Source: Octopus sinensis (Eukaryota). Taken from it: a stretch of DNA of 64,000 nucleotides. Position numbers and translations under genes: made by a program. Of this stretch, positions 37,227 to 50,253 are shown piece by piece. Each line of letters begins with the position of its first letter. The first letter of the stretch is position 1. The stretch is from positions 166,532,001-166,596,000 of the forward strand of contig NC_042997.1 of assembly GCF_006345805.1 (NCBI RefSeq). Direction: 5' to 3'. The notes under the pieces were generated by a model. That model was not told where the DNA came from. It made no database searches and saw nothing but the letters and a program-made list of their open reading frames with translations.

Positions 37227-37829
37227 CTGTATCTAATTTCGACGCAAAATCAACAATTTTGAGAAGAGGGGTCTTGTCGATACCATGGTCCCAGTACTTA
37301 ACAGGTACATTATTTTCTCGATCAAAAGGTTACATGGTACAGTTCATCTCAGCCGTATTCTTTTTAGCGCTCTCAGTAGCCACTGGTAGTAGTAAACACA
37401 TTTGACCTCTGCTGACCCAAAGGAGTAAAGATTCTTTTGTCTCTATGGCTGACCTCCCCACCATCTACCGAATCTATTTATAGACCTGTAGAATATGATC
37501 CATTCACGAAACTGCTACCCAACTATTTCCTCCAACAATGGCAATGGTGGTGATGGTGAAAATGATAAAAAAAATAATATGCCGCAGCTGCTAATACTAA
37601 ATGCTACTAATACTGCAATAATACTACAACTACTACTATTATGATAACACAGGAATCTGAGGCCCAACTACCACCCTTACCACTACTCCCACCCCTGCTA
37701 CTATTGCTGTTGCTGTAACCTCTGCTGCTACTACACATAAAACAATAATAACAATGATACCAGTGATGATGACGATGAGATAATAATGATGATGATGATG
37801 ATGATGATGGATTGATGATGATGATGATG

Positions 37830-37882
<53 letters not shown>

Positions 37883-37884
<2 letters not shown>

Positions 37885-40043
37885 AAGGAAACGGATGGAG
37901 CCTCCTCATGGGCTGATTAATGATACATCTAGTGATGGCGTCACAATAAAAACATGGTAATTGTGCAATCTGATAATCACTATCTGTTATGAGTGACAAT
38001 GAAAAAAAAATATTGTGAATAACGGTGGTAATGAAACTGGAGCCAATGATGGTGACAGTGTTACATCCGGTAGGTTCAGAGATTCTGGTCCGGCCCCAGC
38101 CTGTCGATATCCAGAAAGGGATCGCCACACACGGCGTAGATGGACCAAGCAAATTAATGCTGTGGTCATGGAGTGTTACTACCTGAGCAGCCCGGTAGAT
38201 GAAAATTGTGCTCAAATTAGGGGTTATCGACAACGTGTGTATGATCATTGGAGAGAAAAGGGATTGTTTCAACTCACAGAACAGAGACTATGTGATCAAG
38301 TTAGAGCAATAAGAAAAAATGTTGGTTCACAGAAGTAGAGCTTGAAGCTATCAAAAGACGGGTCATGGAAAATAGCAGCAGAGATAACAATGAAAATACG
38401 GTTTTTACTAATAAGAGTAATCTCATAGCACAGGAAAGGAGTAGTGGTAGTTTACTTGATGAGAGACATATAGAGGTTCTAAAAGAAGACAATAAAACTA
38501 ATGGCGATATGACAGATGAACAAAAGACAATCTATGACAGAATAAAGGTAAGACTACAGGGGAACGATAGCGACCGATGGAAACTGAACCAAGAAACGAA
38601 AAATGTCAATGAAATTCTGAAATACATCAGAACAAACAACATCACAGAAACAAATAATTTGATCAAAGCAGCAAGTATGGTTGTGGCAGAAAACGTGGGT
38701 GTTGATGTCAAGAAAACGAAACATAATGGGAGGGACAAAAGAAAAGATCCATGGTGGAAAAGAAGAATCCAGGCAGGGTTAGTCATGCTCTTGAAGGAAA
38801 TCTCTGTGTTAGACCGAAAAGAGAAAGAGGAGCTTAAAAGCGAACAAAAATGCTGGGCGTTGAAAAGGAAGTATAATACTGAAAGTAGTAACAGAGGACC
38901 TGAAACAGCACCTTGTTGCAAAGAAAGCAAAGCTGGTAAGATACGACCAAAGAATGAAGGGTTACCACCAGAATAGGTTATTCAGACTAGATCAGAAGAA
39001 ATTCTATAAAGAAATGAATGGAGAGTGCACAGATGAAAAGTTGATAGCAGATAACATTGAAAGTCAAAGGTTATGGAATGACATCTGGAGCAAAGACAAG
39101 GAGCACAAGAAGGATGCTGAATGGTTGCAAGAACTGGAACAAACAGCAGTCTGTCCAAAACAGGCAGAACTAGTCATTTCAGTTAGGGAAGTGAAGGAAA
39201 TCAGCAAAAAATCGAGCAACTGGAAGGCCCCAGGACCAAATGGAGTTCAAGGCTACTGGATCAAAAGATTTGGTGAATGCCATGCACGAATAGCTGTGCA
39301 ATTCAACACCTTGTTAAATGCCGACCAAGTAACACCAGAGTGGTTGACATTGGGTAGGACAGCGCTGTGCCTGAGAAACATCGAAAAGGACAATACGGTA
39401 GACAATTACAGGCCGATATCATGTTTACCTCTTATGTGGAAGTTATTGACTGGAATACTTGTAGAGTCAATGTACGAACATCTGGAAAAAATGGAGTCCT
39501 GTCACATGAGCTTTTGCAAACAAAAGTGCGGAGGTACCAAGGATCAACTCCTGATAGACAGAACTGTACTTAGAGACTGCAAGAGGACGAAAAGTAGCTT
39601 AGCTATGTCATGGATCGACTATCGTAATGCGTACGATATGATCCCACATTCTTGGATTATGGAGTGTATAAACCTACTTGGTATTGCATCGAATGTTGAG
39701 TGACTGTTTCGAAAAAGTATGGCGAATTGGAGGACAGACCTGACAGCATACGGAGAAAGTTTAGGGACTGTAGAAATCAGGAAAGGCATCTTCTAAGGGG
39801 ACTGTCTGTCCCCACTGATCTTTGTACTGTGCTTGATACCACTAACACTGATTCTGAGGAAAGCAAAAGCTGGGTTTGTATTCAAAAGCCGCCAACAAAA
39901 AGTCAACCATTTGTTATTCATGGATGACCTCAAACGTTATGGTAAAGATGAAGCCCAAGTCAGTTCCCTCGTTGATGCAGTGTATACTTTCAGTGTTGAT
40001 ATCAGAATGTAGTTCGAACTGAGGAAGTGTGGTGTGTTAGTAG
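37883..40043 (+). mobile_element. R4/Dong-clade non-LTR retrotransposon: 5' end through RT, 3'-truncated pseudogene
   Basis: RRRWTK..VMECYY..GYRQR..TEQRLCDQ N-terminus; KDPWWKRR; NWKAPGPNG; YRPISCLP; TKDQLLID; WIDYRNAYDMIPHSW; HLLFMDDLK; frameshifted. Begins right after (GAT)n(AAT)n. Confidence 0.9.
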
Positions 40044-40159
40044 AAAATTACAACCACGGGACTTCTGCCTACCTGTAAGAATTAATCGGCTCGAAGCTAA
40101 AGCTAGTACCATGAACGTACCCTGAACGTAACAGTGACGAAAAATACTAATATCTACCT

Positions 40160-40515
40160 TGAAGAAATGCAGCTAGATGAACCAGCACCCGCAGGAAATG
40201 TAACTGGCACTTCGTCGGTCACGACGACGTGGGTTCCAATTGGTCCTATCAACGGAACATCTTGCAAGCGAAATTAACGTCTAAGTGACTGAGCACTCTA
40301 CAGACACGCATAACCTTGTTGTAGTTCGGAAAGAGATTCAGCGTGACACAGAATGTGACAAGGCTGGCCCTTTTGAAATACAGACACAACTCATTTTTGC
40401 CAGTTGAGAGGACTGGAGCAACGAGAAATAAAGTGTCTTGCTCAAGGACACAACGCGCGGTCGGGAATCGAACTCACGATCGTGAGCCGAATACCCTGAC
40501 CACCAAGCCACGCAC
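40160..40515 (-). mobile_element. tRNA-derived SINE related to family C
   Basis: gtggcttggtggtcaggg..GAGTTCGATTCC..ttgagcaagacactttatttc. Confidence 0.75.
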
Positions 40516-40869
40516 AGAAAAATGAGCCCTGAAGCTCTTAAGATACGCATTTTTTTTTCAATTTCCATGCGAAAAAAATATTTGATTTTTTTTATTATTT
40601 ATTGCGAATCTGTATATAAAGAAGAACAAATTATTTTGGATCAGTTATGATTTATTATGGAGTTACTAACACCTCGACTTCCATGAAATTTTTTTATTGC
40701 AAATTATCTCGGCTTTTTATAGAATAAAAAAAAAAAAATGAAATAACTGAAATTACCAAGAAATCTTTTTACGATGCATTGTTGAAAAAGAAAAACAAAA
40801 GAATATGAGAAAGACAACTTGTTTATCATAGATATAAAAGAAATGGGTGATATTTCCTGTTTTCTTAGA

Positions 40870-41320
40870 AGTCTTGAGATGAATGGTATATTTTGAAAGA
40901 AGGGGCAACACAAAAGCTAACATCACACTCAGGATGCATTCCTTTTTCGATTGCAGGCAGCACAAACTCTTGACGGACTCTTCTTTTCAGTCTAAGGTAT
41001 GATATCTGGGAAATGTCTTTCTGTAAGACGAGCTAAGAAAGGTTTCTTTCCAGGGCGTCCTGGCTTGGGAGATGTTATACCGGGTTGGTTTTCTTGCAGG
41101 ATCTTCTCAATCACTTGAATCCAAAATTACAAAGGTTTTTTGCTCTCCCCGGACATCTTGTACAGATTATAAGCGTTCCATAAAGCTAGATCAATGATGT
41201 GGAAAGATATTTTACGTCACTTCCTTGGAATTGGATAATCAGCCAAGTGTTGGTCGACTCTATCTACGCCTCCTATCATATTGTTATAATCCATCACTGG
41301 TTTGGGCTTCTTTACAGTAA
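40870..41320 (-). mobile_element. piggyBac transposase C-terminal fragment
   Basis: KKPKPVMDYNNMIGGVDRVDQ, HIIDLALWNAYNLY, RHFP..RVCAAC..C..FC Cys-rich tail; stops present. Confidence 0.85.
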
Positions 41321-41370
41321 CTCCTCTTTTCTCTACTTCAATTATCTCTGCATATATATACGTATATATA

Positions 41371-41438
<68 letters not shown>

Positions 41439-41639
41439 ATAACGTATATTTTCGTTCAAATATATATTTACTTGGCATCACTGAACGAAAATATACGGGA
41501 TAAAATGTTAAGAGGTTAGCTGAAAGGGCAAAACAATATATAAATAAATAAACGATAAACAACCAAACAAACCAGCGCCAATACACTAAGGAGAAATGAG
41601 AGCAAAAACAACTGTAGGGTAAATGCCCAATCAGAGCCA

Positions 41640-41910
41640 AGAACCTTGATATATACTCAATTCTTACCCATTAGTGACCGGCATACTCTAGTCTCAGACT
41701 GGAAACTGAGTGGGTATACTATTACTACTCAAGATCAGCATCTTCCAACTAGGCATTACCTTTGTAATGTTCTGAAACATGAAAATAACCCATTGTATCG
41801 AGCATGCGTAGAATAACTAGAGACAATCGACTACATAATCCCTGGATGCGACCGACTAGCACACCAACGGAGTACATGCAGCAACATGACGACAGCTCTA
41901 TACATCCACT
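41640..41910 (+). mobile_element. R4/Dong-like LINE fragment (CCHC region)
   Basis: TQDQHLPTRHY...YRAC..LETIDYIIPGCDRLAPTEYMQQHD. Confidence 0.75.
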
Positions 41911-42265
41911 AGTCAATATGCCGTATATTGGTGGGAATATAAATCGCCACAAGTTGTCTAGAATGTATATGTGCAATTCCAAGTAAAACGGGCAGCTAAT
42001 TAGTATGTAAAACTACTTACAATATTTTATAATGTTGCTGTTATCTAAATTCTTGTGATAATGCAATCAGGCATTTCACAATAGGAAAAAATAAAGCAAT
42101 TGAAAAATGCATATATATGCATATACATGCATGCAAACACACAGATTTATACAAGTATACATGCACCAATAAATACATACATACATACATACATACATAC
42201 TACATACATACATACATACATACATACATACATACATACATACATACATACATACATACATACAT

Positions 42266-42822
42266 GGTGGCTGCCCCCTCGTTATCGAGTATGGCCATTG
42301 CACGAAGCTTAATCAATGTTGTTATGGTGCAATGCCTGTGCAAGAAGATTTTTTTTTAAAGTGGAGAAGGCTGTGCACTGAGTCAATCCCACTCACTAAG
42401 CAACAGCAGCCATAATCCAAAAAGAAGAACAAGTCAGCATCATCGGTAACCACTGAGCCGCAGGCTTTATGTCGGAGTTATCTCAGTTACCTGAGTTACC
42501 TTCTCCTAGAAGGATGCCCTAACAAAGGCTGGGAGTCCTTCACTCCCAATGGTTTAACCGCGCGATCGGGTATTCAGTCCGATCATTTCTATGTCCCCGC
42601 ACATGATATAGCCTTAAGACATTTATTGGATGGCCGTTGACTCTTAGGAGTTCCTCCGCCCTTTGACGGGTTTTGTTTTTCATCCCGCAGGGTGTCCAAT
42701 AAACACCCTCCTCACCAAGCAAGCTTGGTGCGGTTGCCGGTTTAGTCGCCGACGACCCGACCATGCAACAGGTTGTACTGAGTTACATGTTACCAGTAGC
42801 ACTCGAAAGTGACCTGACATGA
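42266..42822 (-). mobile_element. Short RTE-derived non-autonomous retroposon embedded in (TATG)n
   Basis: 3' 45 nt (42268-42312) identical to 28331-28375; 5' head homologous to 29640-29816; (CATA)n on both sides; no coding capacity. Confidence 0.8.
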
Positions 42823-42959
42823 TACATACATACATACATACATACATACATACATAGACTCACGCACACACATACAAACATTCATAATACACACATATGC
42901 ATACTTACATACATTCATACATACATACATGCATACATACATGCATACATACATACATA

Positions 42960-44288
42960 ACCAAACTCGGACCACTAAAAAATATTCGAGTTGAATAAAG
43001 AAAATTTGGACCTCAACACTCTCTGCATTAAATAAAACTGGTCCACAATATGTTTGCAGTGCCAGTACTCATACCAACATTTGGGCTGCTAGATAGGACG
43101 CTTGATGAAATCCGAGCCATTGATGTGGAAACCCGGAAGATACTAACCAGCACACATAATTTCCACATAAACAGTGACGTAGACTGCTTCTACCTACAAC
43201 AAAAACAAAGCAGCAGAAGTTTAACATCGATCCAGACTGCCTTTGAATATTCTATCATATCTCTTCGGCAACATCTATTAACCACCAAGTGTCGAAGTGC
43301 ATCCCTTGACCAAGTTTGCATACATGAGGCCGATAACACCATAAGACTTGGAAGGCAGCTCCTTGAGCAGTATTCCTTGTCTGATAACCTTAAATACATG
43401 CTAAAAAAGTCGCGAGCGTATATCAGAGGAAGATCATGAATGGTTGTGTTAGTAGAAAACTCCGAGATGATAGTAACATTGATCATCAAAGCAGTCTACC
43501 ATGGACCAACAATCGGATTACTACCACCCAATTTGAAGGGTATGTGATTGCAATCCAGAAACAGGAAATATCAACCAAATACCTGATACACAAAAGGGAT
43601 AGAGATGCAGGAAAATCAACACAATGTGACAACCGATGCAAACTTTGTGGAGTTAACAGCGAAGATATCACCCACATCATAAGCAATTGCCCGAAGATAT
43701 CATTGTATTATCTACCAGACAAGATATTGTAGGTAGGACACTGTACAACGAGATCCGTCAGAGGGATAACCCCGAGGACAAAGAAATAAGGACTCACAGT
43801 ATGGTGGAAGGCACAGTCACTCATAATAAAAAGAAATACCAGTGGAATGTCACAGTAAAAACCTCAATAAAATGTAAATACAATAGACCTGACATACTGA
43901 TTTGGAATAGAGAAGAGAAAGTGTACAGTTATGGAAATCAGCTGTCCAGAGGATGTTAACATAACGCGAAAAAGAAAATATCTACGCTAAACTGTTGAAA
44001 AATTTGCAGTTGCTCTATCCAAATAAGTGCAGGTTTATACCTTTAATTATTGGGGCACTGGGATATGTAACACTGCTTAAATGCTAATCTTGAGAAATTA
44101 GGCTTCTCAAAACTAGAAAGGAGAAAGCTGATTCGAAGGCTACAGATCCAATCTATCACTGAAACTATAAAAATCTGTAAAACTTTCCAGAAGTTTATCA
44201 TTTAAGCATATATAAGCATGTCTAGATATGCAAGTGTATGCATGAGAAGACATATATAAAGTAAAGGATACAAATCTGCACATGTACA

Positions 44289-44322
<34 letters not shown>

Positions 44323-44344
44323 CATACATACATACATACATACA

Positions 44345-44375
<31 letters not shown>

Positions 44376-44562
44376 CCTGTTGCTGTTGAAACTCCAATGA
44401 AGGAGCCTTGGATCTTGGTTAGAAATCGGCACTTACTCCATTGGCAAGAAATCATGAAATAAAACTGAATAATGACATACATTCATGCATGCATACATAC
44501 ATACATACATACATACATACATACATACATACATACATACATACATACATACATACATACAT
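42960..44562 (+). mobile_element. 5'-truncated R4/Dong-like LINE (thumb, CCHC finger, RLE, 3' UTR with (CATA)n)
   Basis: FAVPVLIPTFG..IDVETRKIL; EGYVIAIQKQEI..CKLC..EDITHIISNC; NRPDILIW (PD-D/ExK); IIGALG; KICKTF; flanked by and tailed with (CATA)n. Confidence 0.85.
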
Positions 44563-44784
44563 AATTATTAGCGCACTTCGTTATGTTAAATACTCGTATC
44601 TATGTGGCATTCTTGGAAAGTTGAGGTTTTAGGCAAAGAAAATCAATTAGGCAACACACTTTGCAAAATAAGCGGAATAGTAAAAATATGCAAAACCTTT
44701 CTAATATTCAGTACCTACTCAATACCGTTGTTGAAACGAGGGGCTACTTTGTCACTTTGATAAAAACCAGCGCCCTTTCTTTCG

Positions 44785-45243
<459 letters not shown>

Positions 45244-45717
45244 TATATATATATATATATGTATAAGGGTGGAAAGGAACACACGAGTTGATATATATGA
45301 AAAAACAAGTCAAAAATAGCAAATGCTAAGATAATTTTATAGTGAATCTTTCAGTACCGGTTTCGGTCATTTTGAGACCTTTTCAACTGTAACGATTAAA
45401 TAATTAAATTTAGAAAAATTAGAAGAAAAGTTTTTTTAAAAGAATATTTCTGTAGTAGTGTTCAGATATAAGTGGCATTCTGCCTTTCTCTGACTCCCTT
45501 GTTTGCACTTGTGTGTTCGAGGTCGTTTTGAGTTCTTGGTAGGATAGGTGAAGAATAATGAGGCTGATGTGGAGAGGGGGTGGGGAAATCTGGGAATGCG
45601 CGCTTAAATAATAATGAAGCGCACACATTAGTGTACTAAATTGACATACACAATCACTACATGAGTGTACGTTGATTCTCACGCGCCCTTACATATGTAC
45701 ACACATTTATATAACCA

Positions 45718-46110
45718 CTAGCAGTATCGCCCGGCGTTGCTCGGGTTTGTAAGGGAAATAACTATATAAGCATTTTTAGAGAGTTATAGCCAAAAAATAG
45801 CAAAAAAATGCATTAAAAATGGAAAAAACATGGTAATTTTTTTTTAAATCGTTGACTCATCGTAGTCATTTTTATAGAGTTACTTCCCTTATATAATAGC
45901 GAAAAAATGCATTAAAATGGAAAAAAAACGATGGTAATTTTTTTTTTAAATCGTAGACTCATCGTAGACGCGCGCTAATACCCAGAAGGGCTCGATATGA
46001 ATCACGACTATAAGATACCCGGTTTTGGTTAAACTGCTCCGCAAAATGTGGGAGTAGTTAGGAATCTAAATCGTAGGAGACAGACACACAACTTGACTTT
46101 TATATATAAC
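45718..46110 (-). mobile_element. Non-autonomous Helitron H1, copy 2
   Basis: Reverse complement of 9381-9771; CTAG|T terminus and hairpin. Confidence 0.85.
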
Positions 46111-47066
46111 CATAGACCTCAACAACTGTCTCGGCTTAAACAAAATAGACTTGTCACTTTATTAACGACCGGCTTAGAATAAAGAAAAACTAAAATAAAT
46201 CCCGAAGAAATATATGCATATAAGTAAATACATGCTAACATAAATCTATACTGTAATTCTCTATTGCTCTGGGAACAATATCGTTATCAAACTTTACATA
46301 TTCATGTATCAAATTTAAGATGGCTGTTCGTTACTTTCCACTCGTTTAATTTGAAGCTTTATGGCATATTCAGTTGTCAACCTTGTCACTGAATAATGGA
46401 ATTAATTATCAAGGTGGACATGTCATAACATAGTTGACTTAGCTAATAAGCATGTAGCAACAGAGAAAAGGTTTGGTTATAAGATACACCCCACCCAGTC
46501 TTAATGAATGGCACGAAGGAAAGAGTAGGAGAGAGAGTGGGAGAGAACGAAAGAGAGAGAGAGAGAGCGGGGGGAGAGGCTGACAGAGAAAGTAATAGAT
46601 GGAGAGATGGGGTCGCGAGCGAAACCACAAGAGAAAGCAAGATTGGTTTGGTTTAGAGAGATAAATAAAAGAGAATACGATAAAAAAAATAACGACACAC
46701 GGAGAGTGAAAACGATATTTTAAAGTAATGGAAAAGAGAAAGAAGGCATAAAAGAATAACGGAAAGACAGAGACAGGTTGCTCAACCAATGAAATATTTG
46801 TAAAGTTGAAATCGCGTTACAAGAAGCGTTAGACTTATAATTTTCTTCACAGCATAAAATTTATTGCACTCTTTTGGACTATTTGTATTACTATTTGACG
46901 ACATAACAGAACATCACTATTTGCTTTCGATTCTACTGTTTTACTATTTTAATCTACGAGAGTTTTTATATGACAGAAGTTGAAACATTGAGTTTGAGGA
47001 ACCAACTGGATTGATTAATAGCGGCAATATCTTCAATAGTAAGGTAATCTTTACGGATTATGTAAA

Positions 47067-47125
<59 letters not shown>

Positions 47126-47157
47126 TTGTATATATTATGTATACAATCTGACTTCCT

Positions 47158-47331
47158 CCGTTTCCCTTCCTTAGATCTTTCCTTTTCCTATGTTTCTGAC
47201 GAAGAGCTCCGCTCGAAACGTTAAATCCTCCTTCTTTCTTTCCTTTCCTGAGCGTCCAATAACACTATACTTGTTCCACGTCCTTGCGTTGTTGTGTTGT
47301 CTCTTTGTGTATTCATGTTTGGATTAACTAT
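47158..47331 (+). mobile_element. Family-P short repeat (PLE pseudo-LTR or retrozyme-like)
   Basis: Homologous to 55212-55426 and the 21.6-21.9 kb copies; carries a hammerhead core; lies between (CT)n and (CA)n. Confidence 0.75.
47191..47227 (+). ncRNA. Minimal type I hammerhead ribozyme motif
   Basis: GUUU-CUGACGA-A-GAGC-UCC-GCUC-GAAAC-GUU-AAAU; palindromic stem III (ACGU), as in PLE minimal hammerheads. Confidence 0.65.
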
Positions 47332-48237
47332 ACACACACACACACACACACACACATCGCTAGCTTTTTTCCGTTTCCTATCTTCCCATCTCTCAATCTT
47401 TGTGTGTATATGTCTGAGTTTGTGTGTGTGTGGGGGGGCATGTGCGTGTGCATGATTGTGCGTCTGCATGTATGCGTGCATATGTGCACGTACACATATA
47501 TATGTGTGTAAAAATGTTAATTTGAAGACATTTTCCCCCTGGTAAACTGGAAACAAAAGCTAAGCTGTGCATGTTAGTGACTCTCAAGGACAAGGTGAGA
47601 TAATTTCACGAAATTAAGTATAAATTTCTCATCTTCATTTACATGTCAGGGAAAGGACACTGATTTTTGTTGCAGTTAGGGGTCAACTATGTACGCATGT
47701 TTCAGCATTTTGATCTTATCACTTTGTCTGCAGATTAGAATTTAAATCTTTTACATACAGTAAAAGATTTTAGATACACTTTTGGTGAGGGCAATAATTA
47801 CATGTAAAAGAACTCAAGTAAAAAGGTTAAAAAAGTGGAAAAAACTTAAGGTGGGGCACCAGCATTGTATAACACTGACGAGATCTAACAGATCAAAACG
47901 TACATATTTGTCTACTTTTTCCCTTAAGTATGTTTCTTAACGTTATCAGTGAAGTGAGTTTGCTTCAATTATGTTTGCTGATAACTTAAGAAAAGGCATG
48001 AACTTCTCAGTTCTCATTTCTCAATAAATTTTTTATCTTTCAAAACATTGAGTATTATTCTTTACCCATATTTAGGTATGGGTAACAGTTATAGAGCGAG
48101 TCCTCAGCGAACAGAGTTGCCGACTTAGCTTCAATTTCGGCTAAAAATTATTTCTCTTCACTCATGTCACTGATATCACTTCGTAAGTCATGAATATTCG
48201 GTTTGTAACTTTTAGTTCTATCAGTTCAAGCCAACTA

Positions 48238-48636
48238 GGCGATCTTTCGTCTCTAGTAGACCTTTCCGTCGATTTCCGTAAAAAAATCTTTTTTTTACAT
48301 ATGGGCTTGCGGGAACTTTTGAAGTAATGAGAGCGAAAGAGACTAAGAGAAAGCGATTGTATGACGAGGGAAGTTCTTTTGAAGTTACCGTGCATGGGAG
48401 CATTGATGTATATGTGTGTGTGTGTGTTTGATGGGGTGTGGGAGACAGACAGTATGTTGTGTAAGTGAAGTGCTTCTGTTAGTGTGTGTGAAGAGACAGA
48501 GTAATGTGTGAAAGAAAGAGATAACTGAAATTTTTTACTTGGCGTATGTGTATATGTATGTATATTACTTCAAAAGTAAAAAAAAAAAATTTTTACGGAA
48601 ATCGACGGAAAGGTCTACTAGAGACGAAAGATCGCC
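48238..48636. mobile_element. MITE with ~55-60-bp TIRs and an 8-bp TSD (Merlin- or MULE-like)
   Basis: GGCGATCTTTCGTCTCTAGTAGACC... / ...GGTCTACTAGAGACGAAAGATCGCC; TSD gccaacta at 48230-48237 and 48637-48644. Confidence 0.88.
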
Positions 48637-49215
48637 GCCAACTAAGTTCTGTTTTAAGTAGTTCTTCAGAAATCGTGATACAACAATACATTCAGTGTTA
48701 AGTTATGACCACCGTAAGTGACAATCGTTAAGGAGTGGTCCAAATCCGAAAAAAATTTTTCTGCAATGGAGAACAGATAAATCATCCTTCAGGAAAGGAA
48801 CCATCACTGATACTGGTGTGATTTTAATTTATTTCTTTATAGAATTTCTACTCAAATTTGATTTGCTATAAGTTTGATGGCAAAAATAATGTGCTAATGA
48901 GTTCCGTTAAAGTGTATATGACCGCTGTATGATGTATAACTGAGAGTGTGTTTGATATGTACGTGATCAATTACACATCATAATATGATAATAAAATAGA
49001 CAATAAATAACTTTGAGGCATTACTTCAATCTTTTACTCATAACCCTTTACATACCAGAGCTGTCTGTGAATGTGGATATTAGTAACTTTTTGCAGCCAT
49101 TGGTAAAAAAAAAGGAAGCCAAAAAGATAATAGTTGTGATTACTTTAACAAATCAAGAAAATTCACGAAACCGTTTTCAAAGTTTGGCTGGAAGTTTTGA
49201 TCTTTATGATTTTAA

Positions 49216-49446
49216 GGCGGCGAGCTGGCAGAAACGTTAGCACGCCGAGCGAAATGCGTAGCCGTATCTCGTCTGCCGTTACGTTCTGAGTTCAAGTTCC
49301 GCCGAGGTCGACTTTGGCTTTCATCCTTTCGGGATCGATAAATTAAGTTCCAGTTACGTACTGGGGTCGATGTAATCGACTTAATCCGTTTGTCTGTCCT
49401 TGTTTGTCCCCTCTATGTTTAGCTCCTTGCGGGTAGTAAAGAAATA
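49216..49446 (+). mobile_element. Family-A SINE, well preserved
   Basis: GGCGGCGAGCTGGCAGAAACG head to gggtagtaaagaaata. Confidence 0.9.
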
Positions 49447-50253
49447 TATTTATGACGTTATGTTGCTGGATGGTCATGTCATCAGTTGAATCCATGTGTT
49501 GTCAGGTCTTTCATTCTTTAACCCGAAACGAAATATTTGACGATAAACCTGGTCATTAGTATTAAACGAGTTTAACTAAAAGTTTTAGGGAAAAAATTAT
49601 GCTTGCAATGTTGTTTGATAAGCCTTTTGCTGGTCATTCAGTTACTTGATAATTAATAATCCGTCTGCACCGACGATTTTTTATCTTTCAAAACATAGAG
49701 TATTGTTCTTTACCCATATTTAGGTGTGAGTAACAGTTATAGAGTGAGTTCTCAGCGAACAGAGTGGCCGACTCACCTTCAATTTCAGCTTTAAATTATT
49801 ATTCGAACTAATTATTCGACAAAAGCAATAACATCGTATTACTTTACGAATGTTGTATAAAATAAGGGACTGACAATAAAATTTCAATTAATATCATCGG
49901 ATGCTAAGCATTAAACTTTTCAATTATACCTGAGTAGATGTAGATTTATAACCTTGGAAAAGTATTGAGCTAGATGGAAAATGGTACGGTCGAATAAATC
50001 GCCACAGTTCTTTGCTGGCAATTATTTAATTAACCTCAGAAGGATAAAAACAAAGTTGACATTTAATTCAGTATGTAAAGAATTTTCTACCTTGTCCAGT
50101 ACCACTATTATACTGGAGTTAATGCTTCTATTTTTCTTTGTATATCAGTTTTCAATACATACATACATACATACATACATACATACATACATACATACAT
50201 ACATACATACATACATACATACATACATACATACATACGCACGCACACACACA

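Noticed and set aside
37890-37960. HDV-like ribozyme at the R4/Dong 5' end (gcc-tcctcatg-ggc resembles P3/L3)
   Set aside because: P1, P1.1 and P2 could not be paired and no catalytic C context was found.
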